64,000 bases of DNA, taken from positions 9,250-73,249 of IMG/VR virus record IMGVR_UViG_3300013121_000054. One strand, given 5' to 3'. This DNA comes from a virus. Taxonomy: Duplodnaviria > Caudoviricetes. Positions 58,354-64,000 of the stretch are shown one piece after another. Under the pieces are notes generated by a model, which saw only the letters and a program-made list of their open reading frames with translations, was not told the origin of the DNA and did no database searches. Within the stretch, counting starts at the first letter, position 1. Every line of letters begins with the position of its first letter. The translations under genes and the position numbers were made by a program.

Positions 58354-58611
58354 ATGAGAACCGCCAAATACCTGGAAGAAATGCCGATTCTCACGCGCTT
58401 AATGACGGAGCAGGGCTTTGATTCAGTCAAGGCCCTCGCTTGCGCCGCTGATCTATCGGAAGACAAGCTACAGCGAGCGCTCGCGGGCAGGCACGTGTTG
58501 CCGCTGAATGATGCGCTGAAGCTGGTGAGGGTTTGCAAATGTCACCGCGATCCCGCACTAGCTCTAAAGTTGCTGCGCGAGATTGCCGACCGTTATCAAC
58601 GAAATAGTTAG
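58354..58611 (+). CDS. XRE/Cro-like helix-turn-helix regulator
   Basis: L..LM..QG..SVKALA.AADLSE.KLQR.L.G.....L..A.KL; ATG 58354 after GAGG. Confidence 0.7.
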   Translation: MRTAKYLEEMPILTRLMTEQGFDSVKALACAADLSEDKLQRALAGRHVLPLNDALKLVRVCKCHRDPALALKLLREIADRYQRNS

Positions 58612-58624
58612 TTCGTACAAACCA

Positions 58625-58665
58625 AAAAAAGACGCTTAGCCTCTTGCAAGCTCTAAGCGTCTTTG
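58625..58665 (-). terminator. Intrinsic terminator, strongest for a minus-strand transcript
   Basis: AAAGACGCTTAG/CTAAGCGTCTTT hairpin with a T7 tail on the minus strand. Confidence 0.75.
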
Positions 58666-58734
58666 TCGAGTTACTCGCGGCTCCATTCGCTGAATCAGCG
58701 ACCCACTGAGTGGCAAGGGCCACCGCTTTCTGCA

Positions 58735-58802
58735 CGATCTGCTGAGGATATGATCCTCACGTCTGGGTTATGAGCCCTCGACCCTCTGCCTCGGGACAGA
58801 CC
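58735..58802 (-). ncRNA. Degenerate tRNA-Met(CAT)-like cloverleaf at the 5' end of a probable antisense RNA
   Basis: GGTCTGT/GCAGATC acceptor; GGG-CTCATAA-CCC; TGAGG-ATCATAT-CCTCA; short D region; no CCA. Confidence 0.55.
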
Positions 58803-58963
58803 GAAATCAAATCTAGTAAGAAATTGGCGAGCGCGCAAAACAAACATTTGCGCCAACTACTGTTAGATCCTTAAATGAAAAGGTGCACCAACTTTTACAC
58901 CGCGTAAAAGCAGCGATGTCCAGCTTTTGCTGGAGCCCTTTCAAACGTTTGGAGAATTTGATA

Positions 58964-59461
58964 ATGACGACGCAAGAAGAACTGCAAGAGCAGGTAAACG
59001 AAATGACCGAAGCGATCGAAGAGCAGAGCAGAGTGATTGCAGTAGTGCCCGAGGCTCTCGCTCGCATCGAGCATGACATTACTGCTCTGAGAGACCGCAT
59101 CGAGCAGAATGGTACATTGCCGGATTTGAGTGCCGCTGCTGAAAAGATTCGCGCAAATACGAGCGTGCTGCGTGTCGCCCTGGAGCAAGCGAAAGCTATT
59201 GACGCCCAGGCTACCTCGGCACCGGTCGAAGCACCGGCACCGGCTGAAGCAGCACCGGCTGAAGCAGCACCGGCTGAAGCACCGGCTGAAGCACCGGCTG
59301 AAGCACCGGCACCGGCTGAAGCAGCACCGGCTGAAGCACCGGTCGAAGCACCGGCTGAAGCAGCACCGGCTGAAGCACCGGTCGAAGCACCGGCTGAAGC
59401 AGCACCGGCTGAAGCAGCACCGGCTGAAGCACCGGCCGAAGCACCGGCCGAAAGCCAATAA
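58964..59461 (+). CDS. Coiled-coil protein with Ala-Pro-Glu (PAEA) low-complexity tail
   Basis: ATG 58964 after GGAGA; heptad N-terminal half, then repeated APAEA. Confidence 0.75.
   Translation: MTTQEELQEQVNEMTEAIEEQSRVIAVVPEALARIEHDITALRDRIEQNGTLPDLSAAAEKIRANTSVLRVALEQAKAIDAQATSAPVEAPAPAEAAPAEAAPAEAPAEAPAEAPAPAEAAPAEAPVEAPAEAAPAEAPVEAPAEAAPAEAAPAEAPAEAPAESQ
59219..59452 (+). repeat. Coding tandem repeat (12/15-bp units GCACCGGCTGAA / GCAGCACCGGCTGAA)
   Basis: Directly visible. Confidence 0.95.
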
Positions 59462-59496
59462 CTTCGTAGGCTCTCGGACTACAAATCAATCCAAGC

Positions 59497-59520
59497 AAAA
59501 GCCGCCTGATAGCGGCTTTT
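59497..59520. terminator. Bidirectional intrinsic terminator
   Basis: AAAAGCCGC-CTGATA-GCGGCTTTT. Confidence 0.85.
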
Positions 59521-59884
59521 CATTTTAATAAAAATCCGAAAAGCCCCATACACCCATATCAGACAATGCGAATCGGAGAGTCAGGCACGGCGCAGAAAAG
59601 CTCATTCATTCGTGAAAGCTTCAGCGGCAGCTTGTTTCGAGCATTTGCCACAAATGTGCGTTTATGTAATCATAAAAACACATACGCATGCTCTATCATT
59701 CGCCATACACTATGAGCGCGTCGGAATCCGTTAACGCATAAGAAACATATTCGGCATGAAGTGCTCAAGGCTGTGCTAAATTGCGCGCGTCCAGCCAGCA
59801 TGACTACTCTGCCAGGTGCATAGCTGCCGCTGGGTCACAAAAGCTCGACCCATAGCACTTGCACGCTATAAGGGGGGGGATGAA

Positions 59885-60853
59885 ATGCAAGAATTGCGGA
59901 GCGGCGCAAGCCGTGTGATTACGCTTAGGCAGGCCTGGACCGACTTTAGAAGAGTGAGAGCAAGAACGCTCAAGCCAAAAACTCTTATAAGCTATGACTA
60001 CCTTTTAAATCGATATCTCAAAGAGTGGCTTGATAAGCCACTCCCAGAGCTGACAAAGGATCTTGTTGAGCTCAAGCACCGAGATCTCACTTTGCACAAT
60101 GGCGGCACTCAGGCAAATCTAGTATTTCGTGTGCTGGGTTCGATTCTGGGCTTTGCTCAGTATCGATATGACGATCAAGCCGGCAATCCGGTGCTCATGC
60201 AAAACCCAGTAAAGCGACTCAGCCAGATGAAGGCGTGGAACCGACAGAAGCCCCGCAAGAGCTTTATTCGCGATCACCAGCTTGCTGACTGGATGCGGGC
60301 GTGCGGTGCGCTGAGCACCTCGACGCGCCGAGACATCCTGATCTTGTTACTCCTTACGGGATTGCGTAAGAGCGAAGCGCTCGATCTGGAATGGCAGCAT
60401 ATCGACCTGGAGGGCCGCACACTCACGGTGCCAAATCCAAAAAATGGCGATTTGCACATCCTGCCTCTATCTGACCACCTCTTCAAAATGCTTCAGAGAA
60501 GACGCTCAGAGGCTCATAGAAGCGTGCGATTTGTGTTTAACGGTGAGCGCCCAGGTACTAAGCTTGGGAAGAATCTGGACTTCTGCCGGTGGGTCTCGAT
60601 CAAATCTGGCGTCCAATTCATGCCGCATGATCTGCGGCGCACATTTACGACAGCAGCAGCCTGCCTCGGGCTCTCTCCTTTCGTGATCAAGCGCCTTCTC
60701 AATCATCGAGGAGACGTTACTTATAACTACTTCGGCGAATCTGTCGAGCACCTGCGCCAGCCTATGCAGATGATCACAGATCGTCTATTGGGGCTGGCTC
60801 AATATCACATCCTCGATCCGGCGTCAAGGGAATGTAACGACTCCCGGGAATGA
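59885..60853 (+). CDS. int: Prophage tyrosine integrase
   Basis: SAM-like N-terminal domain (TL.QAW..F.....LKPKT..SY); LLLLTGLR.SEA..L.W..IDL, KNG..H..PL, HDLRRTF, LLNH, Y; likely start ATG 59885. Confidence 0.93.
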   Translation: MQELRSGASRVITLRQAWTDFRRVRARTLKPKTLISYDYLLNRYLKEWLDKPLPELTKDLVELKHRDLTLHNGGTQANLVFRVLGSILGFAQYRYDDQAGNPVLMQNPVKRLSQMKAWNRQKPRKSFIRDHQLADWMRACGALSTSTRRDILILLLLTGLRKSEALDLEWQHIDLEGRTLTVPNPKNGDLHILPLSDHLFKMLQRRRSEAHRSVRFVFNGERPGTKLGKNLDFCRWVSIKSGVQFMPHDLRRTFTTAAACLGLSPFVIKRLLNHRGDVTYNYFGESVEHLRQPMQMITDRLLGLAQYHILDPASRECNDSRE

Positions 60854-63482
60854 CGGCCAATTGTATATCCTGAACGGGGTTAGTTGTGCACCAGCTTCTA
60901 AATTCTTTGGCGCTATCTAATGAATTGACGAATTGTCTGTATTCGGGAAGGTCTTCTGCATTGCCCACCGCGTTGCCGAGCAGATCGAGATAAATGCATC
61001 CGTCTTCCGTAAACCAATCGACCAGGTTCATGCGCCGAAATATGGTCAATCCAAGAGCAACTGACATTTTGCTGGCCGCCATTGCCGCCGCCAGCTTGTC
61101 GCCGTGCACCTGACCATCGCGTTTGTTCACGGCGAAACGAATGATGCCGAAGAGTCGCTTGAGAAAGCCTGCCGGATCATCGCAATCGGATTGATCGGCG
61201 CCGACCAGGTAGACGCTTTGAGCGCTGGAGCGCGTGACGATTTCTTGAAAGACTTTGGCACTCGGCGGAAACTGCCAGAATATCAGGTGCGCCTTATCTT
61301 CAATGGAAGTGCGATCGTCGAACGTCACATTGGCAATCGTGCTTGCCGATTCGCCGAAAATCGCCACCTGCGAGCCGAATTTCTCGATAGCACGGCTAAC
61401 GACGTCTTCGGGTTGAGTATGACCTCTTAGATCTTTCCAGTTCTGGCGAGTAACACTCTTGAGCCGCTTAATATTGTCGGTGTCGCTGGCTACTTCTAAT
61501 TCGTCGGCGAATTCAGGTTTGCTGGCCACAGTCTTTGCCAGGCGATCCAGGTGTTGCGCCACTTGCTTGGACAATACTGGCGAAGGCGTATCGTGCGCGG
61601 GCGCGACCGTAGATGGACGTTCGTAAACTTCCGTGGCGTACTTGCCGTCGTCTTTGCTGGAACGCCAGTCGCTCACGACAAGTTGCAGTCGCTCGCGCCC
61701 GTTGTAGACGTTGATTTCAGGCGAGAACACCAATTCGATTTCTTGCCCGTCAAACGGAACCTTGCCTCGGCTGTTCCAAAGCACGCACTCGAATTCAGAA
61801 TCGACAGCAGGAGATTGCAACATGAGGCGGTGGTGCTTTCCTTCTTTGCCGAGCACTCTTGTGCTGTTGCATACGAGGTTCTGCATACACAGAAGCGGTT
61901 TCTTGTTACCGATGCCGAATGGCGCAAGCACGGCAAGTTCTTTGGCCAGATCGGTCGAGACTTCGGCGCCCGTCACGATTGTGTCGATTTCCACTGACGG
62001 ATTGGACGGTTTGCCCGCAAGCATTTTGTTGCAGGTGTCTGTCAGCCCACGGCACAGCGCCTGTGCTTTGGCTGCCTCTACACTGAATCCGGCTGCCATC
62101 TTGTGACCGCCCCAGCGTGAAAGAAGATGCTCATTAGCCTTCAGAACTTCGTAGAGGTCAATGCCCTCGACACCACGGGCGGAGCCTTTTACGATGCCTT
62201 CTGACTCGTCGAGCTCACCGATGAATACAGGCTTGTGAAACTTTTCGACCAGTCTTGATGCAACAATTCCCACCACGCCATGGTGCCAGCCTGCGTCGTA
62301 AATCGCAATCGCACGATCTCGCTCCAGGTCGAGCTTGTTCGTAATCATTCTGTCAGCTTCGGCAAAGATGCGCTCGCATAGCTCCTGCCGCTTGGTATTT
62401 TCGACTTGAAGCTGCTTGGCTAGATTGTCGGCGACCGAAGAATCGTCGGTAGTCATCAATTCTACTGCGGCCCTGGCGTCAGCCAGGCGTCCGACTGCGT
62501 TAATGCGCGGGGCCAGTCCGAAGCCGACCACATCGGTATCTTCGCTCTTGCGCACCTGGGCAAGCAACGCTTTGATGCCGGGGCGAACAGAGTTGAGCAG
62601 AGCTGGAAGACCAACTTTTACGAGATAACGGTTTTCGCGCACCAGGGGCACCAGGTCGGCAATCATGCCCAGGGTGACAAAATCGAGCAGAAGCGGCACT
62701 TCTGACTCAAGCCCTTTGTCGACGAGAAGAGCTTCGCACGTCTTGTAAGCGACACCTACGCCAGGCAGATGATAAAGCGGGTGGTTCTCGTCGTTGATGC
62801 GTTTGGGGTGCACGATACCGGCGGCCGGTGGCAGCAACTCCGGCATCGTGTGGTGATCGAGGATTAGAGTGTCAACTCCTAATTGCTTGGCGAAATTAAC
62901 CTCGGCAAAATTTGATACGCCGCAATCGCACGTAATGATCAGCTTGGATTTATGCTTGCTGGCAAGTATGCTCACCGCCTTCAAATTCAGACCATAGCCT
63001 TCGCTGGAGCGGCTGGGTATGTAATAGTCGACGGAAGCACCAAGGCGTTTGAGCACTGTCAAAAGAACCGAGGTGCCGGTGATGCCATCTACGTCATAGT
63101 CACCATATACGGTGATATGCTCCTTTTGCACGATGGCCTGGTTGATCCGCACGACGGCTCGATCCATGTCGGGCAATTCCATCGGACTTGTCGGCGTATA
63201 GCTCGATGTGTCCAGGAATGACTTGATTGCCTCCACCGTATCGAAACCGCGCCGCATCAAAATGCGAGCAATAATCGGGTGCCCTGTGGCTGCCTGCAGC
63301 ACCTCATTCGATATGTCTTTTTCGACCGGAAACCGCCACGACTTGCTGAAGGCGGAGAGCCTGAGCGGCTCCAGCGCTCCTGTTTCAGTAGTGGATCCTG
63401 TTGTCGATGTAGTCACACGCACCCCCGGCAAGGCGATTTCGATATCGATTGTATATTTACTGATAGTCCAACCTGGCACCAC
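60774..63482 (-). CDS. recJ: Host ssDNA exonuclease RecJ with C-terminal extension
   Basis: YGDYDVDGITG, SEGYGL, ITCDCG, DHH, GFGLAPRINAVGRL, WHHGVVGIVASRL, GGH.MAAG; true start may be ~63416. Confidence 0.97.
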   Translation of the reverse strand: MVPGWTISKYTIDIEIALPGVRVTTSTTGSTTETGALEPLRLSAFSKSWRFPVEKDISNEVLQAATGHPIIARILMRRGFDTVEAIKSFLDTSSYTPTSPMELPDMDRAVVRINQAIVQKEHITVYGDYDVDGITGTSVLLTVLKRLGASVDYYIPSRSSEGYGLNLKAVSILASKHKSKLIITCDCGVSNFAEVNFAKQLGVDTLILDHHTMPELLPPAAGIVHPKRINDENHPLYHLPGVGVAYKTCEALLVDKGLESEVPLLLDFVTLGMIADLVPLVRENRYLVKVGLPALLNSVRPGIKALLAQVRKSEDTDVVGFGLAPRINAVGRLADARAAVELMTTDDSSVADNLAKQLQVENTKRQELCERIFAEADRMITNKLDLERDRAIAIYDAGWHHGVVGIVASRLVEKFHKPVFIGELDESEGIVKGSARGVEGIDLYEVLKANEHLLSRWGGHKMAAGFSVEAAKAQALCRGLTDTCNKMLAGKPSNPSVEIDTIVTGAEVSTDLAKELAVLAPFGIGNKKPLLCMQNLVCNSTRVLGKEGKHHRLMLQSPAVDSEFECVLWNSRGKVPFDGQEIELVFSPEINVYNGRERLQLVVSDWRSSKDDGKYATEVYERPSTVAPAHDTPSPVLSKQVAQHLDRLAKTVASKPEFADELEVASDTDNIKRLKSVTRQNWKDLRGHTQPEDVVSRAIEKFGSQVAIFGESASTIANVTFDDRTSIEDKAHLIFWQFPPSAKVFQEIVTRSSAQSVYLVGADQSDCDDPAGFLKRLFGIIRFAVNKRDGQVHGDKLAAAMAASKMSVALGLTIFRRMNLVDWFTEDGCIYLDLLGNAVGNAEDLPEYRQFVNSLDSAKEFRSWCTTNPVQDIQLAVIPGSRYIPLTPDRGCDIEPAPIDDL

Positions 63483-63676
63483 CGGCGATGCTGAATGTCT
63501 CGAACATCGCTAATAGCTAGGATACTTTAGGCCCTGGCCTCGCGCGATTAAAATAAGCTTGAATACCAGGTCTGGTCGATGTTTTTGCGAGCCCGAGAAT
63601 ATAGACGTAAAATACGCGAAAAGAGTTCAATCAATCCGCGATCTACCGCCATAAAATCTCCGATCGATATAGCGAG

Positions 63677-64000
63677 CTACTTATTCAGCTCCGGATCGTT
63701 GATATCAAAAATCTTCTTAGGCTTCGGCGGAAAGGACCCGTTCTTCCAGTTCTCAAGATCATATTCAATGATCGTTGTCACTACCGGTGGTTTTGGCCAG
63801 GGCAGCGCCCAGCCAACCGACCAGATGACAGGCAGCATCACGACGTGAAGGCTCAATGCCACTAAAAATGCCTCGGCCAAAGGAATGTTCTCAACAACCA
63901 GCCGCACCATGCGGGTGCTCAGTCGATCATCTTCTCGCGCAGGCACGCTAAACCGCACCGGGTTCTTGTTCTGTTCGACTTCATCAGAACTGGTTGCCAC
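63677..64000 (-). CDS. Host single-TM hypothetical protein (TonB-N-like layout)
   Basis: AFLVALSLHVV.LP..W..GW.LP..P.VV; GTG at the window edge. Confidence 0.55.
   Translation of the reverse strand: MATSSDEVEQNKNPVRFSVPAREDDRLSTRMVRLVVENIPLAEAFLVALSLHVVMLPVIWSVGWALPWPKPPVVTTIIEYDLENWKNGSFPPKPKKIFDINDPELNK

Larger units (their letters stand above)
1..60853. mobile_element. Temperate prophage with contractile tail (myovirus-type); left end lies outside the window
   Basis: Complete ordered set of terminase, portal, scaffold, capsid, neck, sheath, tube, tape measure, baseplate, fibres and lysozyme, plus a tyrosine integrase abutting host recJ. Confidence 0.95.

Noticed and set aside
58895-59458. 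Cys/Arg/Phe-rich minus-strand ORF (RCCFS repeats)
   Set aside because: Antisense shadow of the PAEA coding repeat, which has an RBS and terminator on the plus strand.
1-64000. CRISPR array or diversity-generating retroelement
   Set aside because: No repeat-spacer array, reverse transcriptase or TR/VR pair seen; all repeats are coding tandem repeats or short operators.

Overview
Positions 1-~60850 are most of a large, apparently intact temperate myovirus-type prophage. It has a contractile tail and a scaffold-type head, and no protease gene was seen. It sits against the 3' end of a host recJ gene (60774-63482). The host genes suggest a Melainabacteria/Vampirovibrionia-like bacterium, but this is inference only. 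Layout: the C-terminus of a D5/P4-type primase and an RHH gene on + (1-702); one long minus-strand arm containing lysis, fibres, baseplate, tail, neck, head, terminase, a ParB-methylase, an HNH and ~20 small genes (967-42660); a putative genome-end region, a loxP-like 34-bp site and a FimB/Cre-type tyrosine recombinase (42670-43742); an iteron-like intergenic region; then a plus-strand early arm of small genes, SSB, HNH, methyltransferases, a PAPS-reductase-like gene, an XRE regulator and the integrase (44440-60853). The left att site is not in the window. Best leads: (1) an uncharacterised 246-aa protein followed directly by two tandem circularly permuted tRNA-like RNA modules (YrlA/Y-RNA-like topology, encoded CCA, no anticodon loop) and a decayed tRNA, with no Ro60 gene in the window; (2) Sec-type signal peptides on several virion fibre proteins and on an Ntn-hydrolase whose catalytic Thr would be exposed by signal peptidase; (3) a lox-like site beside a second recombinase and the putative packaging-initiation region; (4) two more orphan structured RNAs. 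All family assignments are by eye; no searches were run.
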